NCBI RefSeq assembly: GCF_963921235.1
Contig: NC_086108.1
Location: 102,426,001-102,490,000 of the forward strand
Reading direction: 5' to 3'
DNA: 64,000 nt
Source: Mobula hypostoma
Taxonomy: Eukaryota
The translations under genes were made by a program, and so were the position numbers. Under the pieces are notes generated by a model. That model saw only the letters and a program-made list of their open reading frames with translations. It was not told the origin of the DNA and ran no database searches. Shown here in pieces: positions 38,062 to 51,004 of this stretch (its first letter is position 1; every line of letters begins with the position of its first letter).

Positions 38062-38750
38062 ACTGTACCTCCCTCTGCAATTGGATCCTTGACTTCCTAA
38101 CCGGAAGACCACAGTCAGTGCGGATTGGTGATAACATACATCTTCGCTGATAATCAACACTGGTGCACCTCAGGGGTGTGTGCTTAGCCCACTGCTCTAC
38201 TCTCTGTATACACATGACCGTGTGGCTAGGCGTAGCTCAAATACCATTTACAAATTTGCTGATGATACAACCATTGTTGGTAGAATCTCAGGTGGTGAGG
38301 AGAGGGCGTACAGGAGTGAGATATGCCAACTAGTGGAGTGGTGCTGCAGCAACAAACTGGCACTCAAGGTCAGTAAGGCGAAAGAGCTGATTGTGGACTT
38401 CAGGAAGGGTAAGACAAAGGAACACATACCAATCCCCATAGAGGGATCAGAAGTGGAGAGAGTGAGCAATTTCAAGTTCCTGGGTGTCAAGATCTCTGAG
38501 GATCGAACCTGGTCCTAAAACAATGATGTAGTCATAAAGAAGACAAGACAGCGGCTATACTTTATTCTGAGTTTGAAGCAATTTGGCATGTCAACAAATA
38601 CACTCAAAAACTTCTATAGTTGTACCATGGAGAGCATTCTGACAGGCTGAATCACTGTCTGGTATGGAGAGGCTACTACGCAGGACCAAAGGAAGCTGCA
38701 GAAGGTTGTAAATGTAGTCAACTTCATCTTGGGCATTAGCCCACGAAGTA
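38062..38750 (+). mobile_element. Rex1/Babar-type LINE RT fragment
   Basis: GAPQGCVLSPLLYSLYTHD...KFADDTTIVG. Confidence 0.85.
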
Positions 38751-39262
38751 CTTTACTTTATACTTTATTGTCGCTAAACAATTGATACTAGAATGTACAG
38801 TCATCACAGCGATATTTGTTTCTGCGCTTCCCACTTCCTGGATTACAAATATTAAATATTAAAAATAGTAAAAATTAGTAAATATTAAAAATTTAAATTA
38901 TAAATCATAAATAGAAAATAGAAAAATGGAACGTAAGGTAGTGCAAAAAACCCGAGAGGCAGTTCCGGATATTTGTCCTGATATATATAAACACACACAC
39001 ACACACCCAGGACATCTTCAGGGAGTGGTGTCTCAGAAAGGTAGCGTCCATTGTTAAGGACTTCCAGCACCCAGGGCATTCCCTTTTCTCATTGTTACCA
39101 TCAGGTAGGAGATACAGAAGCCTGAAGGCACAAAGTCAGCGATTCAGGAACAGCTTCTTCCCCTCTGCCATCCGATTCCTGAATGGACTTTGAAGCTTTG
39201 GACACTACTTCACTTTTTTTAATATACAGTATTTCTGTTTTTGCACATTTTTTAATAATATA

Positions 39263-42200
39263 CTCTTTTTCAATCTCTTTATTGATTTTAGAATATATAA
39301 ACAAAACATAGCAATGATACAAATAATAGTAGATAAATTGTTACACTTACAAACAGTAATTGTAAAATCCAATATTGAAATTTGACAAAGCTCCCAATCA
39401 TGTAAAACTAACAACGGATAAAACAGATCAAAAAAAACTTTTAAAAAAAGCATGAAAAAGAAAAAAAAAACCAAAACCAAAAAGAAAACCCCAACCCAAA
39501 AGAAAGACAAAATTAATCAACTAAACTAAAAGACTTGGGCAAATCTAAGAACTTAAAAATGAAAAAGAAGAAAACCTCAGTGCCAACGACTCCATTCCCC
39601 TCCAACAACAATACAGAGAAATCGAATCGGTTTGGAAATAAAGATATTACATTAAGTGAAAATGCTGAATGAATGGCCTCCAAGTTTTTTCAAACTTGAT
39701 GGAAGGGTCATAAACTGCACTTCTAATTTTCTCCAAATTCAACCACAGCATAGTTTGTGAAAACCAATGAAATACCTTAGGAGGATTAATCTCTTTCCAA
39801 TTCAATAAAATAGACCTTCTGGCCATTAAGTAAGAAATGCAATCATTCTTCGTGATGAAGAGGTTAAATTATTTAAATCTATCATTGGTAGTCCAAAAAT
39901 AGCAGTAATTGGATGCAGTTGTACGTCTATATTTAAAACCGTTGAAATAATATCAAAAATATCTTTCCAATATTTCTGCAACAGGGGACATGACCAAAAC
40001 ATGTGGGTTAGAGAAGCTATCTCGAAATGACATCTGTCACATATTGGATTAATATAAGAATAATAACGAGATAGTTTATCTTTGGACATATGAGGCCTGT
40101 GCACTACTTTAAACTGTATCAACCTCTGCTTAGCACATACAGAGGATGAATTCACCAACTGAAGAATTTTTTCCCATTTTTCAGTCAGTATAGTAATCTC
40201 AAGTTCTCTTTCCCAGTCAGCTTTAATTTTATTAGAAGCATCAGGACATAAATTCATAATTATATTATATATAATTGCTACAACACTTTTCTGAGAGAGA
40301 TTTAAATCTAAAATTTTTTCCAAAATATCCGTTGGATATGGATGTGGGAAATTAGGGGAAACAGTAATTAAAAAGTTCCTAATCTGTAAATATCTGAAAA
40401 AATGAGATCTGGGTAAGTTATATTTATTAGAAAGTTGATCAAAAGACATAAAACAATTATCCATAAATAAATCGCGAAAAGATATTATACCTTTAATTTT
40501 CCAATCAGAGTAGGCTTGATCCATCGTGGAAGGTTGAAAAAGAAAGTTTGACAAGATAGGGCTTGCTAGGATAAATTGATTAAACCCAAAAAATCTTCGA
40601 AATTGAAACCATATACGTAAAGTATGCTTAACTATTGGGTTATTCATTTGTTTATATAATTTAAAAGAAGTAAAAGGAAGTGAAGTTCCTAAAACCGAAC
40701 CCAAGGAAAGCCCTTGTAATGAATTAGATTCAAGATTTACCCAATAAGGGTTTAAAGATACATCCAGATCTCATAACCAAAATTTTAAATATCGAATATT
40801 ACTTGCCCAATAATAGAATCTAAAATTTGGGAGGGCGAGCCCTCCCTCCTTTTTAGACTTCTGTAAATACCTTTTACCTAACCTAGGATTTTTATTCTGC
40901 CAAATATATGAGGAAATTTTTGAGTCTACATTATCAAAAAAAGATTTTGGGATGAAAATTGGGACTGATTGGAATATATACAAAAATTTAGGCAAAATGA
41001 TCATCTCAATAGCATTAATCCGACCAATCAAAGACAAAGAGATTGGCGACCATTTGGTAAATAACAGTTTAATCTGATCAATTAAAGGTAAAAAATTAGC
41101 TTTAAATAAATCTTTATATTTTTTTGTAATTGTTATCCCTAAATATATAAATGAATCATTAACCAGTTTAAATGGTAAAAATCGATAAATAGGTACATGC
41201 TTATTTAAAGGGAATAATTCACTCTTATTAAGATTCAATTTATAACCAGAGAAGTTACTAAATTGAGCTAACAAATCTAGAATAGCAGGAATTGACTTCT
41301 CTGGGTTAGAGATATATAGCAGCAAATCATCTGCATATAATGATAACTTATGTATTTCGTTCCCACGGGTAATACCAACAATATTTGGCGAGTTACGAAT
41401 AGCAATTGCTAAAGGTTCAAGAGCAATATTAAATAGCAAAGGACTAAGGGGGCAACCTTGCCTAGTGCCACGAAAAAGACGAAAAGAGGGAGATCTATAA
41501 TTATTTGTACAAACCGAGGCTACCGGGGAGTAATATAACAATTTAATCCAAGATATAAATGTCAAATTAAAATTAAATTTCTCAAGAACATTAAATAAAT
41601 AAGGCCATTCGACTCTGTCAAAAGCTTTCTCAGCATCTAAAGAGATAATACATTCCGGGGTGGTAAATGAAGGGGTATAAACAATATTCATTAACCTCCT
41701 AATATTAAAGGATGAATAGCGATTCTTAATGAATCCGGTTTGATCCATAGAAATAATTTGAGGTAACACCTTCTCCAATCTAGTTGCTAGAATTTTTGAA
41801 AAAATTTTAGAGTCTACATTCAGAAGAGATAGCGGTCTGTATGATGTACAATCAGTAGGATCTTTATTCTTTTTAAGAATTAAGGAAACAGAGGCTTCAT
41901 AAAACGATTGTGGTAATTTACCTAAACTGATTGCTTCCTTGAATATTCTAGACAACTTGGAAGAAAGAATGGAGGAAAAAAATTTTAAAAATTTCACTGT
42001 AAATCCATCCGGACCGGGTGCTTTACCAGAATTCAAAGATGAAATTGCAGTTATTATTTCTTCCTCTGAAATGGAAGTTTCTAATGATAGGGACTCTCCA
42101 GGTGATAATTTCGGAAAACTCAATTTACTTAAAAAGTCATGCATAAAATTAGAGTCATGAGGAAAATCAGAGTGATATAAAGAGGTATAGAATTCTTGAA

Positions 42201-42864
42201 AGGTTTGATTTATCCCAGCATGATCCACCGTGAAAGTATCATCCTGTTTACGAATCTTAGTAATTTGACGTTTAACCGAATCGAATTTCAAATGGTTAGC
42301 CAATAATTTACCTGATTTATCACTATGAATATAAAAATCACTCCTAGTTTTCATTAATTGATTTTCGATGGAGGATGTTAATAATAAACTATGTTCCAAT
42401 TGGAGTTCAACTCTATGTTTGTACAGCTCCTTACTGGGAGAAATAGCATATTTTTTATCGACTTCTTTAATTTTATCAACCAACAAAAGTATTTCATTGT
42501 TAACACGTTTTTTCAAACCAGCCGAATAGGAAATGAGCTGACCACGGATATAAGCTTTAAAGGCATCCCAAACAGTTCCATTGGAAACTTCGTCCGTAGT
42601 ATTAGTTGAAAAAAAGAAATCGATCTGCTCCTTTATAAATTTGACAAAATCTTGATCTTGAAGCAAAATAGGGTTAAATCGCCATTGTCGGCTAGTGCAG
42701 GAGATGTCCATTAACTTGATGGAAAGTTTCAGTGGAGCATGATCTGAAATAACAATACTATCATAATTACAATCAAGTACATCTGGAATCAAACAGGAGT
42801 CAATCAAAAAATAATCAATTCGGGGAAAAAGAACGGTGAACATGTGAAAAAAAGGAGAATTCCC
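39263..42864 (-). mobile_element. 5'-truncated L1 with near-intact ORF2 (end of endonuclease, RT, C-terminal cysteine motif) and 3' UTR
   Basis: ORFs 40771..42843 and 39826..40704 are in the same frame, separated by one stop; RIDYFL..SDH, YRPLSLLN, QGCPLSP, YADD, CDRC..HMFWSC; TSD tttaataatata. Confidence 0.95.
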
Positions 42865-45425
42865 TTTAATAATATATTCTCCCTATATTTAATAATATAG
42901 ACTCCCTTTAATAATATATTCAATATGTGTAATTTACTTGTTTATTTATTATTGTGTTTTGTTTTATTTACTATTACTATTTTTTTTCTGTCACTGTTGG
43001 ATTATGTATTACATTGAACTGCTGCTGCTAAGTTAACAAATTTCACGTCACATGCTGGTGATAATAAACCTGATTCTGATTCTGATAACTAACTCCTTGT
43101 CGCAATTAGAACACAGCACAGGACAAGTCCTTTAGCCCACGACAATCTGGGCCTGACCAACTTTGCCAATCTAAACTCATCCCATTGGCCTGCACATTGT
43201 TTATATCCTTCCTTTCATGCTTGTTCAGGTGACTGATTAGATGTCCATTAGATGAGGCTATCGTATCGGCCCCTAGCAGCACATTTCAAGCACCTACCCC
43301 TCCGTACCCCTCATGTGCTCCCTCTGACTTTAAGTGCATGTCCTCAAGTATTTCGCTTCCCTGCTCTGGAGATCTGCCAATAAGAGTTGGAATAATGGGC
43401 ATTTGAAAGAAGACAGATAATAAGTAGGGGATTGGGACTGGTGGGATTGCTCTGAGAGTCAGCACCTGAGACTCACCTGATGTGCTGAATGGATGCTTGT
43501 GTGCCCAGTGGCGATATGAGAGTTCCAAAGCTTCATAGTTCTATGAGAGAAGTTTTTCAGTTGAAGTGAGCTGCCTATTGATTGATTGCTACTCTGTTAC
43601 TGAGTTACCTCAGAGACACAATTTTGTCGTAAACATTCTGGGTGGGAGTTTGCCATCCCACACAGTCAACTTGTTTATCCATCCTGTTCTTGTTTTACCA
43701 ACTCTGCAATCTAACCTCCAACGTTGATGCACTTAATAGATTTCATTATACAGAGATTAATTTTGTGCTAAGTAATTCCAATTGCACTTACTGCTGTGAA
43801 TGTGTTTGCCCACCTCTGAAACCCAGCTTATTTTTCTGTATTTCAAGCATTTACTCCTTAACATGCTCATTAACTCAACCCTGATTCACAGATCACCCAC
43901 CCACATAAAGGGCAATTTGCGGTAGTCAGTTAAACTGTAAGATATTGAAGGGAGCACTTAGGATGAATGTCGGGTTCAAGTCGAGTTGTTATTTTATCAA
44001 AGTTCAAAAAAAATTTATCAAACTACGTATTTGTTACTGTGTACTACCCTGAGAATCATTTTATTTATTTATTGAGATACAGTGTGGGATTGCCCTTCAA
44101 ACTCTGAGCTGAGCTACCCAGCAATCTCGTAATTTAATCCTAGGACAATTTACAATGACCATTTGACCTACTAACCGGTATGTCTTTGGACTATGGTAGG
44201 AAACCTGAGTACCTGGAGAAAATCCACACGATCACAAGGAGAATGTGCAAACTCCTTACAGGCAGCAGTGGGAATTGAACCTGGGTTTCTGGTACTGTAA
44301 AGCGTTGTGCTAACCACTATCGGGAGCCTGATGGCTGCAGAGTCATAACTCTTCCTGAATCTGGTGGTGTGGAACATAAAGCTCCTGTACCTCATTGCCC
44401 ATGGCAGCGATGAGAAGAGAGCATGGCCTGGATGGTAATGGTCCTTGAGATGCAGGCTGCTTTCTTGTGTCGGTGCTCCTTGTACCTGGAGATATTCTCA
44501 TCTGTGGCAAGAGCTTTGTCTGTGATGGACTGCGCTGTGAACACTTTTTTTAGAATTTTCTGTTTATGGAAACACTGTGAGTGCTTCCCTATTGAAGAAC
44601 AGTGTGTAGTTGAGTATGTATGGTAGATTGCAGGACAGTAAAGATTTGGCCAGTCTCCTCTATTTTGTGGAGCACTGTGGGCATTTAATCACTAATATTA
44701 CGGTTGAACTGAATCAAAATCAGGTTTATTATCACTGGTGTACTGTATGTCGTGAAATTTGTTTTATGGCATTGGTACAGTGCAAGGCATACAAATTGCT
44801 AGAGAATTAGTGAGGTAATTCAGAAATCTGATGGCAGAAGGGAAAAACCTATTCCTAAAACATTGAGTGTGCTTCTTCAGGCTCCTGTACCTCCTCCCTG
44901 ATTGATGGTAGTAATGAGAAAAGGGTGGTGAGGGTCGTTAATGAGGCGCTGCCTTCTTGAAGCTGTCATTGATGGTGGGGATGCTTCTGCCCATACATGA
45001 ACTGGCTAAGTCTACAACCCTCTGCAGCCTCGTTGAACTCTGAGCATTGGAGCCTCCATACCAGGCTATGATGCAACCCGTCAGAATGTTCTCCACCATA
45101 TATCTGTAGAAAAGAGCTAGAGTTTTCAATTGCTCCCACGGTTACTATAGCTTGTCAACATCTCTCCTTTCTGAGGAGGCTAAAGAGAACTAGACTTTGC
45201 ACATGTGTGCTCATGTCGTTCTACAGATATGCAGTAGAGTGCCCCTGACAAGCTGCATCACTGCTTGGTATGGAAACTATGATGAGTAGTCAAAACCACA
45301 CCAGCCTATCTGCCGTCAAGGACATGTATACAGAATGGTGCTGGAAAAGGGCCAGTAACACCATGAAGTTCCCTCCCACCCTGCTAATGGACTGTTCGTC
45401 CTGCTCCCATCAGGGAGGAAGCAAC

Positions 45426-46090
45426 ATTAGTTTAGATTATGAGAACACTCAGTCCTCCTTTATTGTCATTTAGAAATGCATACATGCATTAAGAAATGAT
45501 ACAATGTTTCTCCGGAGTGATATCACAGAAAACAGGACAAACCAAAGACTAACACTGACAGAACCACATAATTATAACATATAGTTACAGCAGTGCAAAG
45601 CAATACCATAATTTGATGAAGAACAAACCATGGGCATGGTAAATAAAGTCTCAAAAGTCCCCGAGTCGATCAACTCCCGAGTCCCCGATAGCAGGCGGCA
45701 AAAGGGAGAAACTCCCTGCCATAAACCTCCAGGCATCGTCAACTTGCCGATGCCTTGGAAGCACCTGACCACAGCTGACACTGAGTCCATCCGTCCGAAA
45801 ACTTCGAGATTCCGACCAGCCTCTCTGATACAACCTTCCGAGCGCCATCCTCTGCCGAGTGCCTTCCACTTCGCCCCAGCTGCTGAAACACGCAAAGCCG
45901 AGGATTTCAGGGCCTTCAGCTCCGGAGATTCCGGTTATCACACAGCAGCAGCGGCAGCGAAGCGGGCATTTCAGAAGTTTTCCAGATGTTTCTCCGTACT
46001 CTCACATCTGTCTCCATCAAATCAGGATTGTGCACGGATCCCTACTTGACAGATAACAGATATCATTCACCGGAGAGTCCACGTGCGCTG
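45426..46090 (-). mobile_element. Non-autonomous SINE-like retroposon (same family as 20201-21596)
   Basis: Reverse complement aligns to the 20201-20597 and 21478-21596 segments. Confidence 0.7.
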
Positions 46091-46279
46091 CATAGCATTC
46101 ACATCAGGACCACCAGACTCTAAAACAGCTAATTTCCCCAAGCAGTAAGGCTGATCAATACCTCCACCCACTAACTCCACCATAACTTTATTATTTCCTG
46201 GCAGTCATCTTATGTACAGCCTACTGTCACCTTATGAACATACAATGAATCGATGTACATAAGGTATCTTACATATTTA

Positions 46280-46973
46280 TGTAAGGGGGTTTCGACTTTT
46301 ATGTTACTGCGGAGGCTAATTAAAATGGCGTCTTTGTTATGTTAATGTAGGGAATGCGGCTTTGTTGTGTTAAACGCTGAGAGATTTTGCACTAGCAGCT
46401 TGTTTTGGTTTAGAGGGTCATAAGAGAGTGTTATTAACCAATTGGGATAGTTGTTATGGTTTTGGTGTATTTGAAGATACTGTATGCGCGGGGTTTTGGG
46501 GCAGAAGGCGGGAGAGCGAGACAGAGGATAGACAATGTGCTGTGATGTCCGCTAACGGGGTCGGACCCCGAGGAGGGCATTTGGCGAGGAGACGGAGACG
46601 GACTCGTGTGGAGCGTCTGGTCGACCACTGTTGTTGGTCCCAGGCGGCCAGTCGAGGTGGTCCGAGGGGGTCGCAGGGTGAAGAAGAAGGTCCTTGAGCT
46701 CCAACGGTTTTGTGCACGAAGAGATTGAACTTTGATAAGTGTGGCGCCTTTTATTTTCCTTTTATATTTTATTCTCTCTTAATTATATAGTTCCAGTAAT
46801 ATCTATAAACTGTAAATCATTTAATTGCATCTGGTGTATTATGTGCTATTTGGGTGGGGTGGGGTGCATCACACAGCATCCACACAAATGAATTATCCAG
46901 TTTGGCGGGGCCGAGGCTGTTTCCCTAGACGACAGCGAGCCGAGCGACCCTGAGGGTGGCCGGGGGGGCTACA
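46280..46973 (+). repeat. 5' LTR
   Basis: Direct repeat of 49649-50341, TG...CA. Confidence 0.95.
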
Positions 46974-46977
46974 TTGT

Positions 46978-46995
46978 GTGGGATTTGTCCGGGAT
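46978..46995 (+). promoter_or_regulatory. Degenerate tRNA-Pro-type primer-binding site
   Basis: gtgggatttgtccgggat vs canonical tgggggctcgtccgggat (13/18, last 9 exact). Confidence 0.55.
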
Positions 46996-48346
46996 TGAGT
47001 CTGCTGGTATGCTGTGTGGGTGCCCTGTTTAAATCTGTAATGTGTGTCTCTGTGGGTTTTTTGCTGGTGATTGCTGTATGTGTCGGGCTGGCATTGACGA
47101 GTTGGAGGTGGCACTAGGGGCTATCCATGCGGTTGGAAGAGAGAGGAAAGAGTGGTCTGATTTGGAGGTAGGGTCTGCAAATAAATGTTCTAGCTCTGGC
47201 AGGCTCCGCCTGGCATTTGGGATAGTGTCCACCCCAGGAGGGGCGGAGGCGTGTGAGACGTGGGCGGAGCGGATCTCTCAGTTGTTAGATGAGTGGCAGT
47301 GCTCGGTTGAGGGAGAGTGACAGGGGTTGGTTGAAAGTTTAAGTAGGCGGGCTGTGACGGTGTTAGAGCTGTCAGGTTCACTTACACCGTAGTGACAGAT
47401 GTCAGTTATTTGAAAGAGGGGGGAAAGTTTTCAGTGTGTCTTCTCTGGCTAGGAGGGCGGCTAAATTGCTTGTAGTGCCAGGGGGATCATTTCAGGGGAT
47501 CAGTTGTTCAGCTGATCAGAGAGGTGTCGGGAAACTTAGTGGAGGCCCAGTGGGGGAATGGCTTGGGGTCTCTGGGGAAGCACATTCCCAGCAATGTACC
47601 AATGAACTTCCGCAAGGAAAAGACCCTATTCCTGAAGGCTTAGAGGGACCACGCCCCAGGGTGTCGTTATGAATAGAGGGAAGCGATGCTAAAGCTATCC
47701 TCGACCCCGGGGCGCAGGTCAAGTTGTTGTACAGTTCGTTTTACAACTGGTATCTGAAGCATTTACCCTTGACAACCACAAGGGCACCGGAGACTTTGGG
47801 TACTAGTGGCAGTAGTTATCCAGAAGACGATGATTGGTTAATGACCCTGGAGTTCATGGAGGCATTTTCTGGGCACCCAGCGTGTCGAGTTGCTTCTGAG
47901 GACGTGTGTAGCAGCCTTGAGCCGGTACTGAATTTAAACGAGACCCAGCGGTGGTACGGCTTGGGGAAAGTAGCTGAGGATGAGACCCTCTTAGTAGATG
48001 CTCCGAACTACCACGAGGGAGGGGAGTTGACCGCTGAAGACACCTCAGTGAGAGAGAGGTCGCGGCAACTGGACCCTAGCGGCGTGGGAGATGAAGGCAG
48101 CGTGTGTGTGGATTATGCGATGTGGTTTGATGTGCTGCATCTGAGGGGTGGATGTTGCCAGATCCTGAGGAGTGCGGCTGTTGAGCTGAAGATGGCTGTT
48201 ACTAGTTCCCTAGGATTCTTTCAATCCGAAAAGATGCCTCAGGGGCACAACCGGAGCCCCTGCATCCTTCCCGCGGGGCATGAGGAAGACCATGGGGGAA
48301 GTGAAGGTGTGTGGAGTTTTGACATATGTGGATGACCGCCTAGAGC

Positions 48347-49378
48347 TTGGATTCGCCTGGGGGGACTATGAGGCAAGGCGAGTGGCTGAGCCCGGGCGAC
48401 CGAAGCGAAGTGTCAAATGTGGAGGAGTTTTTGGCCGGAGGAGTTTGGTGCAATGTGAGGAAAATGACCCGACATACCCAGTTGAACTTCCTGGTGTTGG
48501 GACAGACGGTGGTGGACCGGGAAATGGAAACCCAGGTCGTCAATCTGAATGAGACACAGAGAAGAGAGGGGATTTGCACCACACTGCAGTCATGCACTGA
48601 TGAATTAATCCAGCAAGAAGAAGCAATGACCCACCTTCGAAGGGATCAGCAGAAACTCAAGACGTCGATTCAGAACAGATTGGAAGACTTGCAAGTTGAG
48701 GAAGATCAAGGAAGTGTTCTGAGTAAGGTCAACAGAAAACCGAGAGCCCAGGGAGGGGAGTTTGACTACGCTCCCGAGGAGGTGAAGAAATGGAGGACAG
48801 ATCTCGGAAAAGGGAGGCGGATGCTTGAAAGGAACCTGAAGATGACTATCACGAGTTTAAATGAAGTGGAAAAACTGAAAGTTGACCTGGAAGACGCCCT
48901 CAGGAAGAAACAACCGGAGGCTGAACACCCTTTAACTGCTGCTTTTCAGGTCAGGGAGGAAGAAGCTGGTGGGGTAACTGCGTCCCAGATTGAGATGGCC
49001 AGGAACCCTGAGTCAGAACTGCAGAGGCTGTGGCGAGAGTTGAAGGAGTCCCCGAAGAAGCTGCCGTCTCGACTGCAGGAGGCTGAAGGGGTAGCCCCGG
49101 CTAAATGTTTCAGTTTGGAGAAACTCAAACAGCAGCTACCGATCGAAGGAATGAGGAAAGATACAGATTCGAAGGATGATGTGCTGGACATATGGTACAT
49201 GCTGCCTTTCGCTAACTTCCCTGTGATTGAGGAAGAGACCTTTGGCCCTTCTCCCACTGAGTCAGATGTAGTGGGGAGGGCTAGCTGTGGGCAGTCTGAG
49301 TTGCGGCAGGATTGGGAAGGAGGAGAGGTGGGGCCCCGGACACGGGACTGGGGGCTCCGAGCTGTAGTGGTGGCCTGA
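48347..49378 (+). CDS. Chimeric 343-codon ORF: myosin heavy chain rod fragments (MYH16-like) fused to a probable Gypsy pol C-terminal remnant
   Basis: [16 protein letters not shown] ~ [49 protein letters not shown] ~ [32 protein letters not shown] ~ KKLAQRLQEAE..AKCSSLEK. Expression unknown. Confidence 0.6.
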   Translation: MDSPGGTMRQGEWLSPGDRSEVSNVEEFLAGGVWCNVRKMTRHTQLNFLVLGQTVVDREMETQVVNLNETQRREGICTTLQSCTDELIQQEEAMTHLRRDQQKLKTSIQNRLEDLQVEEDQGSVLSKVNRKPRAQGGEFDYAPEEVKKWRTDLGKGRRMLERNLKMTITSLNEVEKLKVDLEDALRKKQPEAEHPLTAAFQVREEEAGGVTASQIEMARNPESELQRLWRELKESPKKLPSRLQEAEGVAPAKCFSLEKLKQQLPIEGMRKDTDSKDDVLDIWYMLPFANFPVIEEETFGPSPTESDVVGRASCGQSELRQDWEGGEVGPRTRDWGLRAVVVA

Positions 49379-49648
49379 GTGGGAGAGGAGTTGGCAAGCA
49401 GGCCCGAGGTATCCCTAGTAGTGTCTGAGCCTTTTGGGTTTAGGTGAGGGGGTACGGAGGTCTCAGAGGGTTAAGAAGCTCCCAGATAGGTTGGCCTATG
49501 CAGCGCCCGTGGGATGGGAGTAAGGTCCACTGTTTGGGGAGCACTGTCACTGTGTGTATCTGTGTATGTGTGTGTTGTGTGTCTGCAGGACTGGTTGGCA
49601 AGTTATTTAGAAGTCATGAGGACATGACTTTATTTGGTGGGGGGAGAG

Positions 49649-50341
49649 TGTAAGGGGGTTTCGACTTTTATGTTACTGCGGAGGCTAATTAAAATGGCGT
49701 CTTTGTTATGTTAATGTGGGGAATGCGGCTTTGTTGTGTTAAACGCTGAGAGATGTTTGCACTAGCAGCTTGTTTTGTTTTAGAGTGTGATAAGAGAGTG
49801 TTATTAACCAATTGGGATAGTTGTTATGGTTTTGGTGTATTTGAAGATACTGTATGCGCGGGGTTTTGGGGCAGAAGGCGGGAGAACGAGACAGAGAATG
49901 GACGATGTGCTGTGATGTCCGCTAACGGGGTCGGACCCTGAGGAGGGCGTTCGGCAAGAAGACAGAGACGGACTCGTGTGAAGCGTCTGGTCGACCACCA
50001 TTGTTGGTCCCAGGCGGCCGGTCGAGGTGGTCCGAGGGGGTCGCAGGGTGAAGAAGAAGGTCCTTGAGCTCCAATGGTTTTGTGCACGAAGAGATTGAAT
50101 TTGATAAGTGTGGCGCCTTTTATTTTCCTTTTATATTTTATTCTCTCTTAATTATATAGTTCCAGTAATATCTATAAACTGTAAATCATTTAATTGCATC
50201 TGGTGTATTGTGTGTTATTTGGGCGGGTGGGGTACCTCACACAGCATCCACACAAACGAATTATCCAGTTTGGCGGGGCCGAGGCTGTTTCCCTAGACAG
50301 CGAGCCGAGCGACCCTGTGGGTGGCCGGGGGCGGGGCTACA
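49649..50341 (+). repeat. 3' LTR
   Basis: Direct repeat of 46280-46973, preceded by the PPT and followed by TSD ttta. Confidence 0.95.
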
Positions 50342-51004
50342 TTTATATTTATTGTGTTTTTTATTATCGTGTTCTGTATCTTTTGTGTTTTTTTTTACTG
50401 CATCAGATCTGGAGTAACAATTATTTTGTTCTCCTTTACACTCGTGTACAGGAAATAATGTTAAACAATCTTGAGTCTTTAAGTGACGCCTCTGCATTAT
50501 GCTTTTGGCCAATAGGTTTGAGGTAGTGGATGAATCTCTTCCGGTAAAGCAGGTCAGCTTGAACTGTCTCCACTCAATCCATTGGGACTGAGTTCCATGA
50601 GACACGAGGCTGCAGATGCTGAAAGCTGGAGCAACAAACAATCTGCTGGAGGAACTCAGGCAGCATCTATGGAGCTAACGGAACTGTTCATATTTCAGAG
50701 AAAAAGAAACAACCCAAAGCATCAACAGTTCTGTTCCTCCCACAGATGCTGCTGAAATTTTTTGAGTTCCTTTAGGAGACTGGTTGTAGGGACAGAGATT
50801 AATGTCTCTTTTCCATAGTTGCTATGGATGGCAATTGTTCATGATAAAACCATTGTTATTTCTGGATTAGAGATCATAGACTGCCATTTGATGATTGTCA
50901 ATTAGTGTGAACTGGAGCTACAGCCAGCATCTCCACTATCTGAAGCACCTTCTCAAATACATCCCTGCAGTATCTCAGTATGCTGATGGACTGAAAGCTT
51001 AAGT

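Larger units (their letters stand above)
46280..50341 (+). mobile_element. Non-autonomous Gypsy LTR retrotransposon (PNMA-like gag) carrying myosin heavy chain-like sequence
   Basis: LTRs 46280-46973 and 49649-50341 (tgtaag...ctaca); TSD ttta; PPT ggtggggggagag; eroded gag ([17 protein letters not shown]), protease (AILDPGAQV), RT (KMPQG, TYVDD), pol tail RRSQRVKKLPDRLAY. Confidence 0.92.

Noticed and set aside
47042..47400. PNMA-family host gene
   Set aside because: Short broken gag remnant inside an LTR element.
48347..49378. Retroviral env, or a genuine host myosin gene
   Set aside because: No signal peptide, furin site or TM segment is visible. There is no motor domain or intron, and the sequence is internally deleted and enclosed by LTRs.
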